Positions 37,173-47,396 of a DNA stretch of 64,000 bases are shown in pieces (within the stretch, counting starts at the first letter, position 1; each line of letters starts with the position of its first letter). Location of the stretch: NCBI GenBank assembly GCA_026986775.1, contig JALSNX010000028.1:7609-71608 (forward strand), read 5' to 3'. The translations under genes were made by a program, and so were the position numbers. The notes beneath the pieces were generated by a model. It saw only the letters and a list, made by a program, of their open reading frames with translations. It was not told where the DNA came from and did not search any database. Origin of the DNA: a candidate division WOR-3 bacterium (GTDB taxonomy: Bacteria > Hydrothermota > Hydrothermia > UBA1063 > CAJXJZ01).

Positions 37173-39611
37173 TTATTCCCTGTGAAGCGTCTCTATCTTT
37201 CTTTCAGGTTCAAACACTATGGCATCACCTTTAACTTTTGCCACAACGTTGCTACCCTCTTTTATCTTGCCCCTCAATATAGCTTCTGAAAGCGGTTCTT
37301 CAATATACTTCCTTATTACTCTTCTGAGCGGTCTTGCACCATACTCTTCATCATAACCCTTTTCTACAAGAAAATCCCTAACCTCATCAGTTAAATCAAA
37401 CCCAATCTTCCTATCTTTGAGTCTTCTCCTCAAATCATTAAGAAGGATGTCAATTATTTTCTTCAAGGATTCTCTGGAAAGTGATCTGAATATTATAACC
37501 TCATCAATTCTATTTAAAAACTCAGGTGGAGCAGTCTTCTTAAGTTCGGAAAGCAAATAGTCCCTTGTAAACCTGTCTTTAACTTCAAGTTTCTGTTCCT
37601 TAAAGCCAAGTTGCGTTTGCCTTCTTAAAAATTTCGTGCCAATATTGGAGGTAAATATGATTACAGTATTTCTAAAACTTACCTTTCTACCGTAGTTATC
37701 CGTTAAAACACCCTCTTCAAGCACCTGCAGAAGTAAATGAAACACATCAGGATGGGCTTTTTCTATTTCATCAAATAGTACCACTGAATATGGCTTCCTC
37801 CTGACTTTTTCAGTAAGCTGTCCGCCCTCATCATATCCAACATACCCCGGAGGTGCACCTATCAGCTTTGACACATTGAATTTTTCCATGTATTCCGACA
37901 TATCAACCTCAATAAGAGCATCTCTATCTCCGAATAAAAACTCAGCAAGCGCCTTGGCTGTTTCGGTTTTTCCAACCCCCGTGGGACCGAGGAAAATAAA
38001 TGAACCTATGGGACGTCTCGGGTCCTTTATTCCCGCTCTTGCTCTTCTTATGGCACGAGCAAGGGCGTTAATTGCCTCATCCTGTCCCACAACACGCTTT
38101 TTAAGCTCTTCTTCCATGTGAAGGAGTCTTTCCTGCTCGGTCTGGGAGAGCCTGCTCACAGGAATACCGGTCCACAGAGATATGATTTCTGCTATATGCT
38201 CTCTCTTAACAACAGGTGCCTTTCCCTCTCTATGGAGCTTTCTCTTTCTCTCTGCAATGAGTACCTTAAGCTCTTTTTCTCTATCTCTGTAATGCGCTGC
38301 TAATTCATACTCCTGATTCTTAACCGCTCTTTCTTTATATCTCCTTACTGTTTCAAGCTCCTTTTTCCACTCTTCAAGTTTTTCATCTGACGCTACAGAA
38401 CTTAACTTCAACTTTGCACCGGCTTCATCAAGAACATCTATTGCTTTATCAGGCAGGAATCTACCCACAATGTATCTGTCAGATAAGCGTGCAGCAGCCT
38501 CAATGGCTTCATCAGAATACACTACCCCATGAAACTGCTCGTATTTTTCTTTAAGACCTCTGAGTATTTCAATGGTTTCCTCAACTGTAGGTGGGTCAAC
38601 AATTATCGGCTGGAATCTTCTCTCAAGTGCCCCATCCTTTTCAATGTATTTTCTGTAATCCTCAAGGGTAGTGGCGCCAATTACCTGAAGAAGACCTCTT
38701 GCGAGAGCAGGTTTAAGTATATTGGATGCGTCAAGTGCACCCTCAGCTGCTCCAGCGCCTGATAGGGTATGAATCTCATCAATGAAAAGAATAACCTCTT
38801 TAGCCTGTGTGGCTTCATTAACAATAGCCTTCAGTCTTTCCTCAAACTGCCCTCTGTACTTTGTCCCTGCCACCACTGCAGCAAGATCAAGTGCAAGAAT
38901 TCTCTTGTCCAGCAAAGCATCTGGCACTTCACCCCTCGCAATCTTTTGGGCAATACCTTCCACAATTGCCGTTTTCCCAACACCCGGTTCGCCAATTAAA
39001 ACAGGATTGTTCTTCTTTCTTCTTGCAAGTATCTGTAAAACACGCTCTATTTCCTTCTCTCTGCCTATCACAGGGTCAAGTTTTCCTTCTCTTGCAAGGT
39101 GAGTAAGGTCAAGGGAGAATGCCTCAAGATTCTTGAGCTTTCTGGGCTTCTCCCGTTGAGAACCGTCAGCAAAATCCTCACTGCTTATAAGCTGCTCCAT
39201 CACACTCTCGTAACTTATGTCAAAGCCTGAGAGTATTCTGCTGGTAAATGTATCCTTTTCTCTCAATATTCCAAGAAGTATGTGCTCCGTGCCTATGTAG
39301 CTTTTCCCCAATTTCCTTGCTTCCTCCTCTGCGTTTGTAATTGCCTTTGCCGCCTCCTTGTTGAGAGGTAGAGGGTCTTGCAACGCAAGAGGTGGAAACA
39401 CGTGAGTGGATGAAAGTTCTTTCTGTACCAGCTTCCTTACCTTTTCAAGCGTGACATTGTGAGAGGTCAGGATGCTGTAAGCAATCCCATCTTCAACCCG
39501 TAGTAAGCCCAGAAGTAGATGCTCTGTCCCAACATACGTATGAAGCAGTTTTTCTGCTTCTTTTCTTGCAAAATCTATAGCCTTTCTGGCTCCCTGAGTA
39601 AACCTATCCAT
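37173..39611 (-). CDS. clpC: ATP-dependent Clp protease ATP-binding subunit ClpC (double Clp_N plus two AAA+ modules)
   Basis: 812 aa. Duplicated Clp-N (GTEHLLLGLLR.., GTEHILLGIL..). GEPGVGKT and GPTGVGKT Walker A motifs. Short M-domain. Confidence 0.9.
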   Translation of the reverse strand: MDRFTQGARKAIDFARKEAEKLLHTYVGTEHLLLGLLRVEDGIAYSILTSHNVTLEKVRKLVQKELSSTHVFPPLALQDPLPLNKEAAKAITNAEEEARKLGKSYIGTEHILLGILREKDTFTSRILSGFDISYESVMEQLISSEDFADGSQREKPRKLKNLEAFSLDLTHLAREGKLDPVIGREKEIERVLQILARRKKNNPVLIGEPGVGKTAIVEGIAQKIARGEVPDALLDKRILALDLAAVVAGTKYRGQFEERLKAIVNEATQAKEVILFIDEIHTLSGAGAAEGALDASNILKPALARGLLQVIGATTLEDYRKYIEKDGALERRFQPIIVDPPTVEETIEILRGLKEKYEQFHGVVYSDEAIEAAARLSDRYIVGRFLPDKAIDVLDEAGAKLKLSSVASDEKLEEWKKELETVRRYKERAVKNQEYELAAHYRDREKELKVLIAERKRKLHREGKAPVVKREHIAEIISLWTGIPVSRLSQTEQERLLHMEEELKKRVVGQDEAINALARAIRRARAGIKDPRRPIGSFIFLGPTGVGKTETAKALAEFLFGDRDALIEVDMSEYMEKFNVSKLIGAPPGYVGYDEGGQLTEKVRRKPYSVVLFDEIEKAHPDVFHLLLQVLEEGVLTDNYGRKVSFRNTVIIFTSNIGTKFLRRQTQLGFKEQKLEVKDRFTRDYLLSELKKTAPPEFLNRIDEVIIFRSLSRESLKKIIDILLNDLRRRLKDRKIGFDLTDEVRDFLVEKGYDEEYGARPLRRVIRKYIEEPLSEAILRGKIKEGSNVVAKVKGDAIVFEPERKIETLHRE

Positions 39612-39612
39612 A

Positions 39613-40329
39613 CTATCCCTTCTTAACCTCCATTAAATTTTTCAATACTTTCATTTCTTCATCAATATCTCCCGGAGTTCCAAGGTTAAACTCTGGAAAC
39701 TCCTCTTTAATCTTCTTCAAAATGACATATGCTTCCTCATACTTCTTCTCAGACTCTTTAAGCTTTGCTGCCCTGTAAAGATAATAAGCCTTTAATGTTT
39801 TAAGTGGGGCCTTCTTAGATGCCTCAACAAGATATGTATATCCTTTTTCCAGGTCTCCTTTTGCTATACTTATGCTTCCGAGGTATGCAAGACTTGATGC
39901 CTGAAGAAGTGGGTCTTTCACTCCACGTGAAAGGAAACTATTGAAATACTGCTCTGCACTATCAAGATTGTTCATCTTAAAATAATAAAGTCCTGTATAG
40001 TACAGTGCCCTCTTGGCCGAAACTGTGCCGTTGTATCTGGTAGTTATTTCATTCAAAAGCCTCAATACCTGAGTGGAATTTGTATCCTGAGGTGAGACAC
40101 TGCTCAGGCTGCTCATCACCTGAATTAACATGAGCTGAGCCTGAGAATTGTACCTTGGCTTTGTTGAATAATAATAGACACCCAGAAGAACGAGTATCAG
40201 TAAGACTATACCGCCTATTTTCTTCTGCCTGTCAGTTGGTCTGAAATGCAATATGTCATTAAAAAACTTCTCTATCGCCTCAGCAACCGGATCATGTCTT
40301 AATTCTTCCTTTGTAAGCTTTTTACTCAT
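39613..40329 (-). CDS. Membrane-anchored tetratricopeptide-repeat protein
   Basis: 238 aa. One N-terminal TM (IGGIVLLILVLLGVYYY) followed by TPR-like helical repeats. Confidence 0.6.
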   Translation of the reverse strand: MSKKLTKEELRHDPVAEAIEKFFNDILHFRPTDRQKKIGGIVLLILVLLGVYYYSTKPRYNSQAQLMLIQVMSSLSSVSPQDTNSTQVLRLLNEITTRYNGTVSAKRALYYTGLYYFKMNNLDSAEQYFNSFLSRGVKDPLLQASSLAYLGSISIAKGDLEKGYTYLVEASKKAPLKTLKAYYLYRAAKLKESEKKYEEAYVILKKIKEEFPEFNLGTPGDIDEEMKVLKNLMEVKKG

Positions 40330-40371
40330 GCCTCTTAACCTCCTATTTTATACACATTTTTAAACGAATTG

Positions 40372-41664
40372 TCAATGTTTTCTTTTACGTTTAAGCTCGA
40401 GATTGATTATTTTTGCTGCTCTTTTGAGAGCTTTATCTACAGGCAACACACCTCTAAGGGCATATTCAAGTCCTTCTGTTGAAAGATACCGTCTTCCTGT
40501 AAACCATGCAGGATTATTTGGCTCAAAATCACAGTAGGCCACCTGTTTCATGGCTTCCTCCATTCCGGGCACTTCTTCAAAGAATTTTTTCATCTCAGGT
40601 TGCTCAAAAGCACTCTTTGTCAGGGGAAGGTATCCTGTATGAACTGACCAGTAAGCTTGATTTTCCGGCCTCAAAAAATACTTTATGAACTCTATGGCAT
40701 TTCTTCTCTGCCAGTCCGGAACATCTCTATAAAGCGTTACATTTGTGCCTGATACAATAACTGTACTGTCTTTGGTTACTGCATCCATGGGAATCCTTGC
40801 AACACCAAGGTCAAAGTCTATCTTATCTTTCATAAAGCTGTAAGACACTATTGTACCCCATACCATGGCCACCTTTCCAGCAGCAAAATCATCCTGATGC
40901 TTATATCCTGTCGTTATGTAGGCACAGCTGTCCTTATACACAAGGTCATAGAGAAACTGCAAAGCCTCTACACCGGCTTTTGAATCAAAAACAGCTGAAT
41001 CATTAACTATGAGCCGACCACCCTTCTGGTAAAGCAACGTTGCAAACATCCAGACATCTATTACAAAAGCAGTACCATAGATGTCAGGTTTTCCATCTCC
41101 ATCTTTATCAATAGTAAGTTTCTTTGCTACTTCTCTGAATTCCTGCCATGTTCTTGGAAAAGAATCTATTCCGTATTCCCTGAAAAGGTCTTTGTTATAG
41201 TAATAAACAGGCACGCTTTTATTAAAAGGGAATGTAACAAGTTTACCATTCCATGTATTGTCCTTTATTAAAGGTGGAAATATATCTTCCAGCAAACTAT
41301 CTGGTATCATGTCCTTATACTCTTCCACTGGCACTATTTTCCCGGCATCCATTAATTCAGATGTCCACGACTCATATACCTGTGAAAATGTGGGGGGTCT
41401 TGAAGAGGCCACAGCCCCCATAATTTTTTGGGATAAAGTTGAATAATTACCAAGGTTAACCTGAACTATTTTCAAAGAATCCGGCACCTGTGCGTTATAG
41501 TTATTAACTATATTCAAAAGCGCCTCCCCGAGGGGACCTCCCATAGCATGCCAGAATACAGTCCTATTTGTATTTTTTGAAACGCAGCCAGCAAACAGCA
41601 GAATAACAAGAAGGATACTACTTCTTGCTTTTTTCATTCCTTTTCTCCTCTTTTTTAGGTCCAA
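40372..41664 (-). CDS. ABC transporter extracellular solute-binding lipoprotein (family 1, sugar-type)
   Basis: 430 aa. Lipobox LLFAGC. SBP family 1 fold character. The transporter permease and ATPase genes are not adjacent. Confidence 0.75.
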   Translation of the reverse strand: MDLKKRRKGMKKARSSILLVILLFAGCVSKNTNRTVFWHAMGGPLGEALLNIVNNYNAQVPDSLKIVQVNLGNYSTLSQKIMGAVASSRPPTFSQVYESWTSELMDAGKIVPVEEYKDMIPDSLLEDIFPPLIKDNTWNGKLVTFPFNKSVPVYYYNKDLFREYGIDSFPRTWQEFREVAKKLTIDKDGDGKPDIYGTAFVIDVWMFATLLYQKGGRLIVNDSAVFDSKAGVEALQFLYDLVYKDSCAYITTGYKHQDDFAAGKVAMVWGTIVSYSFMKDKIDFDLGVARIPMDAVTKDSTVIVSGTNVTLYRDVPDWQRRNAIEFIKYFLRPENQAYWSVHTGYLPLTKSAFEQPEMKKFFEEVPGMEEAMKQVAYCDFEPNNPAWFTGRRYLSTEGLEYALRGVLPVDKALKRAAKIINLELKRKRKH

Positions 41665-42715
41665 GAGGCATTGAATAAGTTAAGGCATATCTTAGATTAG
41701 CACCATTATTATTGAAACTATATATTTTACTGTCATCTGAAACATCAAGTCTGAAATTGCCAATATGGAACCCTACGCCATAGGTTATTCCTTTCCTTGC
41801 ACCTTCTTCGTCCCAAAAATACCCAAATCTAAAACTCAAAAGGTTATAAAAGGTGTATTCCAGTCCACCATGTTTCCATGCCTCGTTTAACACATATCCA
41901 AAACCCTTGTCTTCATAATCCTTAGAGATACCGACCAGTATTTTGTTTATATCCATAGATACTGTAAAACTGTGATAGGGCATACTCATTTTCAAAGCCA
42001 AACCATTTCTCATAAGATAAGGCAATGGGTCTTTTTCATCTGCTGACGATGAATACTTTATTCCCGGGCCGAAATTATCCAGTTGCAGGCCATAGGTGAC
42101 TTTCATTTTAAACCAGCTGGTTTTTGAATGAATCCACTCTTTCTCAAGAACTGTATAAAGCAGAGAGCCTCCAATTGCAAAAGATGCTCCCTTTCCACCA
42201 CCCTCTATGCCAGTGGCTTTTCGCAGAATTTCTGCCGGAGCAAGGAAGGAATAGATAAACTTGATATTAGTTCCCACACTGAGGCGTTTATTTACATCGT
42301 ACGCGTATGCGAGATTTGCAGCCACATCATAGGGGCGCCATTCTCCGTAGTACTCTCCATCAGGCCCATGCCCCTCAAACAATCCATAAGTGGCATATGT
42401 GATAGAAAGTCCTAAAGCTCCCACAGGAAGTGGTCTGGTCAAACCAATAAATTCATAATACATGTCAGGTGCAAGCCCCCTGAGCCATGGGGAATGCATT
42501 AACGTGATTTCAAAGTCTTTTTTAAATGCAATGGCAGAAGGATTATAGTATAGTGCGGTTGCATCATCCGCCACAGCGCAAAAAGCACCACCTAAAGAAG
42601 TGGCTTTGGCTCCGGGATATATTAACAAAAACACTGCACCTGCCTCAAAAGCAGACGCCTGAAGCAGTGTAACAAGGAATAATACTCCCATTATTTTTTT
42701 CACAAATCTATTCAT
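41618..42715 (-). CDS. FadL/OmpP1-like outer membrane beta-barrel; T9SS PorV/LptO candidate
   Basis: 365 aa. Signal peptide. GAKATSLGGAFCAVADDATALYYNPSAIA matches the FadL/PorV N-terminal hatch motif (..AxADDAsaxyyNPAg..). Alternating beta-strand pattern. Confidence 0.5.
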   Translation of the reverse strand: MNRFVKKIMGVLFLVTLLQASAFEAGAVFLLIYPGAKATSLGGAFCAVADDATALYYNPSAIAFKKDFEITLMHSPWLRGLAPDMYYEFIGLTRPLPVGALGLSITYATYGLFEGHGPDGEYYGEWRPYDVAANLAYAYDVNKRLSVGTNIKFIYSFLAPAEILRKATGIEGGGKGASFAIGGSLLYTVLEKEWIHSKTSWFKMKVTYGLQLDNFGPGIKYSSSADEKDPLPYLMRNGLALKMSMPYHSFTVSMDINKILVGISKDYEDKGFGYVLNEAWKHGGLEYTFYNLLSFRFGYFWDEEGARKGITYGVGFHIGNFRLDVSDDSKIYSFNNNGANLRYALTYSMPLGPKKEEKRNEKSKK

Positions 42716-42865
42716 TATATCAACCCCCTTAATTGATACTGTAATAAGTAAAGTCTAACGGATAACTTACAGATGTTCAAATAAAAAGCCCTTATAAATT
42801 AAATGTATACCAAAGGATTTTCTATATTCCATCATTGATGAATTCAAGCTTTTAATCACTTTCCA

Positions 42866-45283
42866 TCACATCCTTCGGGCCCTTCTTAATTTTTCTTCAA
42901 GTTCTTCTATTGTGTCCACTAAAAGCTTTCTGGGTTTTGAACCATCAGGCGGACCGACAATTTCAAGCTGCTCAAGCTGGTCTATTATCCTTGCAGCCCG
43001 TGCAAATCCAATCTTCAGTTTCCTCTGAAGAAGAGTTGCAGATGCTTTTCCATCATAGTAAACTGTTTTAGCCGCGTCCTCAAGCATATCATCAAACTCG
43101 CCTTCCACCTCCTCCACAATATTTTCAGAGGATGAAATCTCCATAGGCAACTGCAGCATTTCCTCTATTGGCGTATAGTAACCTTCACGAATCTCCCTTA
43201 TAATATTCATGGCTTCATTATATTCTGTGCCAATTTCAGCTTCAATATACTCAGCCACCCTCACTGCAAGCTCCTCAAGCCCCGGCTCGTCAAGTCTTAC
43301 AAATGGCATCACAAGACCGTTATCAACTACCCAGTTCGCTATAGAAGAGGCCCTGTTTCCAAAGTACTCAGAAAGTTTAACAGTAAGATATCTTTTACTT
43401 AACGTTCTCGCTATCTTCTGGGTTTCCTCCTCCGAGATAAATGGACCATGAAGTCTTACCGGTGTAGAAGAACCGGGTGGTATAAAGAGCATATCTCCTT
43501 TTCCAAGAAGTTTCTCAGCACCTATTTCATCAAGAATGGTTCTTGAGTCTATTCTTGATGCCACCTTAAAGGCAATTCTCACAGGGAAATTTGCCTTAAT
43601 TGTGCCGGTTATTACATCAACAGAAGGCCTCTGGGTTGCAACAACTAAATGTATTCCTACAGCCCTCGCCATCTGAGCAAGCCTTGCAAGAGGCTCCTCT
43701 ATTTGCTTGCCAAGCGTGAGCATCAAATCAGCAAACTCGTCAATTATAATAACAATATAAGGTAATGTGGGTTCACCCTTTGCTTTTGCTTTCCTGTTAT
43801 GGCTTTCTATGTCTTTTACTCCATCCCTTGCAAAATGTCTGTATCTATAATCCATCCAGTCAACAGCACGTTTTAATACTTCACCTGCTATTTTCCTATC
43901 CTTAACAACAGGCAGGAGCAGGTGAGGAATGCCATCGTAAAAGGAAAGCTCAATTCTCTTTGGGTCAATCATAAGAAAGCGAACATCGTCAGGTGACGCG
44001 CGAAAGAGAATGCTTGTGATAATTGTATTTATGGACACAGACTTACCACTTCCTGTAGCACCTGCAATGAGAAGATGTGGCATCTTTGACAAATCTGCAT
44101 AAAAAGCATATCCTGCTGTATCAACTCCGAGTGCAAAGGCCAATCTGGATTTTAATTTTTTAAATTCATCCGTGGAAACCAATTCCGAAAGATAGACAGT
44201 TCTCCTTCTTCTATTGGGAACCTCTATGCCTATCAGTCCTTTTCCGGGAAGAGGCGCTACTATCCTTATCTTTTCCACCTTCATTCTGAGAGCAAGATCA
44301 TCAGAAAGGGCTACAACCCTTGATAATTTTATACCTGGTGCCGGCTCAAATTCATATCTTGTAACAACGGGACCCGGATAATAATCCACCACCCTGCCTC
44401 TCACTTTAAACTCTGCAAGCTTTTCCTCTATGAGCCTCGCTTTCTCCTCAAGTTCCTTTCTGTCAACCTCTGTATCAAGAAGAGGAGGCCTGTTCAATAG
44501 ACCAAGAAGCGCCTCATGCGATACCTCAAAGCCCGGCGGTGGCAAGTTCCTGTCCTTTTCCTCTTCTTCACTCTTTTCTTTTTCCCTTTCTTTTATCTCA
44601 CTCTGAGGTTCTACATTTTCACGGAGAGAACTATTCTTCTTCTGGAAGGTTTTTCTTTCCCTCTTTCTCCTGTTCTCGGGAACTGGTGTTATATCATACT
44701 GGAATCCATCTTCACCTGCATGTTCATGAGAATCCATGCTACTCTGGACGGGATTTTCTTTCTTCCTCTTAAAAATGTCTATAAGTATATCATGAAAGCC
44801 GGGATACAATGACAGGGCTGCAAATATCACAGAAAAAGTATAGAGCCCACCTGTGCCGAACCATCTTATCAAAAAATTGGCAAGCTCGTGGGATATGTTT
44901 CCCTTTGAAGTTTCAGGAAAAAAGAGACTTATAAAGAAGATGAACATAAAAAGTGAACCAAGTTTAAATAGCCAGTTCTTTCTTATTTTCCAGAATAGCA
45001 TTGAAGAGAGTACAAGGATAAAGGAAACCACAAAAAAGTATGTGAGCACAGGTCCAAGTGAAACAAGAAGAAGTTTTGCCACCCTGTATCCTATAACCCC
45101 CCCCAAATTCATTTCCGGTTGTGAGGTGGAAAAGGTTAAAAGTGAGAGAAATGTTATCATAAAAACTCCAAGTGAGAACCCCACCCCTAACTTAAAGAAG
45201 AACCTCTGGTTCTCAATCTCAGAGAGATAACCTAAAAGTATAAGAAGCAAAACTGAAAATAGGAATAGAAAAGCACCTATCAT
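42866..45283 (-). CDS. ftsK: DNA translocase FtsK/SpoIIIE
   Basis: 805 aa. N-terminal TM helices, an acidic linker, a motor domain with GATGSGKSVSIN, and a C-terminal gamma (winged-helix) domain. Confidence 0.9.
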   Translation of the reverse strand: MIGAFLFLFSVLLLILLGYLSEIENQRFFFKLGVGFSLGVFMITFLSLLTFSTSQPEMNLGGVIGYRVAKLLLVSLGPVLTYFFVVSFILVLSSMLFWKIRKNWLFKLGSLFMFIFFISLFFPETSKGNISHELANFLIRWFGTGGLYTFSVIFAALSLYPGFHDILIDIFKRKKENPVQSSMDSHEHAGEDGFQYDITPVPENRRKRERKTFQKKNSSLRENVEPQSEIKEREKEKSEEEEKDRNLPPPGFEVSHEALLGLLNRPPLLDTEVDRKELEEKARLIEEKLAEFKVRGRVVDYYPGPVVTRYEFEPAPGIKLSRVVALSDDLALRMKVEKIRIVAPLPGKGLIGIEVPNRRRRTVYLSELVSTDEFKKLKSRLAFALGVDTAGYAFYADLSKMPHLLIAGATGSGKSVSINTIITSILFRASPDDVRFLMIDPKRIELSFYDGIPHLLLPVVKDRKIAGEVLKRAVDWMDYRYRHFARDGVKDIESHNRKAKAKGEPTLPYIVIIIDEFADLMLTLGKQIEEPLARLAQMARAVGIHLVVATQRPSVDVITGTIKANFPVRIAFKVASRIDSRTILDEIGAEKLLGKGDMLFIPPGSSTPVRLHGPFISEEETQKIARTLSKRYLTVKLSEYFGNRASSIANWVVDNGLVMPFVRLDEPGLEELAVRVAEYIEAEIGTEYNEAMNIIREIREGYYTPIEEMLQLPMEISSSENIVEEVEGEFDDMLEDAAKTVYYDGKASATLLQRKLKIGFARAARIIDQLEQLEIVGPPDGSKPRKLLVDTIEELEEKLRRARRM

Positions 45284-45298
45284 AAAATTATTTTAACA

Positions 45299-46204
45299 CT
45301 ATACAGACAGCCTATCAAGAAACTGTCTGTCTTTTCTCCACCTTTCATGTACTTTGACCCATAGCTCAAGGAACACTTTTCTTCCCAAAAACGCTTCAAT
45401 TTCCTTTCTCGCGTAAGTCCCCAGTTTCTTTATTTTCAGACCACCTTTTCCAATAATAATGGGCTTCTGGCTTTCTTTTTCCACATAAATTATCGCCCTT
45501 ATATAATCCACACCACCGTGTCTTTCATCTTTTTCTATGAATTCGTCAACTTTTACTGCAGCAGCATAAGGTATCTCCTCGCCATACAGATTATAGAGTT
45601 TCTCTCTTATTATTTCTTCAACCATGAATCTTTCGTTTCTGTCAGTTGTAGTATCTTCAGGATAATAAAACTCGCCTTCAGGAAGATATTTGACTATGCT
45701 ATCAAGGAGTTCATCAACATTGATGTTCATCGTCACGCTCATGGGAAAAATCTCTTTAAATGGATAGAGCCTGTTATAAGTTTCTATTAAAGGCAGGAGC
45801 CTTGTTTTCTCAACCATATCAACCTTGTTAATAGCACATATTACCGGCTTCTCATGTTTTTTAAGAAGTTCAATGGTATACATATCAAGCTCATCAGGTC
45901 CAAAGGGATCTGTTATAAACAACACCACATCTGCCTCTTCAAGAGATTCCACGGCATTTTTTATCATCCTCTTATGCAATTCATGTTTTGGCTTTGATAT
46001 TATGCCTGGAGTATCCAGAAAGAGAATCTGAGCGTTATCAAGCGTGAGTATCCCCAATATCCTATGTCTTGTTGTTTGTGGTTTTCTGGACATTGCTGCA
46101 ATTTTCACCCCGATGAGTCTATTGAGCAACGTTGACTTACCCACATTGGGCTTGCCAACTATACCCACATAACCTGATTTTTTAGAAACTGTATTTTGTT
46201 CCAA
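45299..46204 (-). CDS. era: GTPase Era (TTG start; the ORF-track N-terminal extension is rejected)
   Basis: KKSGYVGIVGKPNVGKSTLLNRLIG G1 motif, DTPG, a C-terminal KH domain. A TTG at 46204 is preceded by the SD GGAAAGGAGG with a 7-nt spacer and gives a 302-aa Era of normal length. Confidence 0.8.
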   Translation of the reverse strand: MEQNTVSKKSGYVGIVGKPNVGKSTLLNRLIGVKIAAMSRKPQTTRHRILGILTLDNAQILFLDTPGIISKPKHELHKRMIKNAVESLEEADVVLFITDPFGPDELDMYTIELLKKHEKPVICAINKVDMVEKTRLLPLIETYNRLYPFKEIFPMSVTMNINVDELLDSIVKYLPEGEFYYPEDTTTDRNERFMVEEIIREKLYNLYGEEIPYAAAVKVDEFIEKDERHGGVDYIRAIIYVEKESQKPIIIGKGGLKIKKLGTYARKEIEAFLGRKVFLELWVKVHERWRKDRQFLDRLSV

Positions 46205-47396
46205 TTTTAAACCTCCTTTCCTTAAAAAATTGCAATTTATCCTGTGTGGTGGGGTCAGTTTCTTCAATTGTTCCGCGGGTGAACAGATGGTGTTCCCAGA
46301 AAAACTGAAACCTTCCCCTCTGATATTCCAGCCTTCCTCCGGCATTGTAAACCCTGCCACTTTTATCCTGAACCTGATATATGCATAAAATAGGGCTATA
46401 TACGAGTTTTCCCCACATCGGTATATGAGCTACTGCCTTTAACTTAGACAATGCTCTATTGGTAACTCCGTATACCGTCAGGAAATTCTCATAATTTCCC
46501 AACAATTTAAAGTATTCTCCCTGAATATCCAGATATTTACCCTTAAACGCAAATTCAACGTCCAGACTTTTCTTAAAAACAGAATCGGGTACTCTATAGT
46601 TAAGGTTGAGTAAAACCGGCTTTTTGTCTATAAGTATACTGAGTCTTCTTTCCATGATAGCCATAATAGAATCCCCTGTAATACCGTCTGGATAGAGATA
46701 TGAGAACAAATGAGGGGTTTTAATATCATACCCGTAATGGAGGTCAAGATATGCTCCTCCTGTTATCAAAACCTTTAAATTAAATTCAGGAATAAGCTTA
46801 CTGGTAAGTCCAAGTGACACAAATTTCCTGTTGCCCATTATACCGACACCAGCTCTGTAAATATCCTCATATCCTCGCCTGGATAGCATATCCGTGCGCT
46901 CAATTCCTGAATAAGTCAACACACCTTCTGTACCTGAATAAACAATGGAGAATGCAATGGGTAAATTGAATACAGCATGAGCTGTACTATCTTTTCTAAA
47001 ATAATGCAGTCCGGGAAGCAACGTAATGTTAGGAATAATTCTACCCCATGAGAAATATAAATCCACTGTATCTCTGAGTATAATAGAATACTGTGACCTA
47101 TTCCTCAAAAGACCATATACTCCATGACTTATGCTAAAGAAGCGCGTCGCTATAAAGTATCTGTTTTCTAATGAGGTAAATGGCTCATAGTCATAGCGTT
47201 CTTCCGCAGCAAAATAAAAGCTCTTAAACTTAATTCTAAAATCAGTATGATACCCTGCTTTTAAATAATCCTTTTCCTGGTTGTAATACACAAATTCCCA
47301 TCTTGGAGGATTAATTTCAAGAGCATTTGTGGGCAGAAATATAGAATCAGGTATATTCAACTTCAAAGATACAAGAATAACCGTCAAAACATTCAT
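46182..47396 (-). CDS. Outer-membrane beta-barrel-like hypothetical protein
   Basis: 404 aa. Signal peptide, alternating amphipathic strands, C-terminal ...GTKYSF ending in Phe (the OMP sorting signature). Confidence 0.55.
   Translation of the reverse strand: MNVLTVILVSLKLNIPDSIFLPTNALEINPPRWEFVYYNQEKDYLKAGYHTDFRIKFKSFYFAAEERYDYEPFTSLENRYFIATRFFSISHGVYGLLRNRSQYSIILRDTVDLYFSWGRIIPNITLLPGLHYFRKDSTAHAVFNLPIAFSIVYSGTEGVLTYSGIERTDMLSRRGYEDIYRAGVGIMGNRKFVSLGLTSKLIPEFNLKVLITGGAYLDLHYGYDIKTPHLFSYLYPDGITGDSIMAIMERRLSILIDKKPVLLNLNYRVPDSVFKKSLDVEFAFKGKYLDIQGEYFKLLGNYENFLTVYGVTNRALSKLKAVAHIPMWGKLVYSPILCIYQVQDKSGRVYNAGGRLEYQRGRFQFFWEHHLFTRGTIEETDPTTQDKLQFFKERRFKIGTKYSF

Noticed and set aside
46205-46360. 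The N-terminal 55-aa extension of the 353-aa Era ORF (MAGFTMPEEGWNIRG...).
   Set aside because: The extension has no Era homology and overlaps the C-terminus of the upstream beta-barrel gene. An internal TTG with an excellent SD gives a canonical-length Era.
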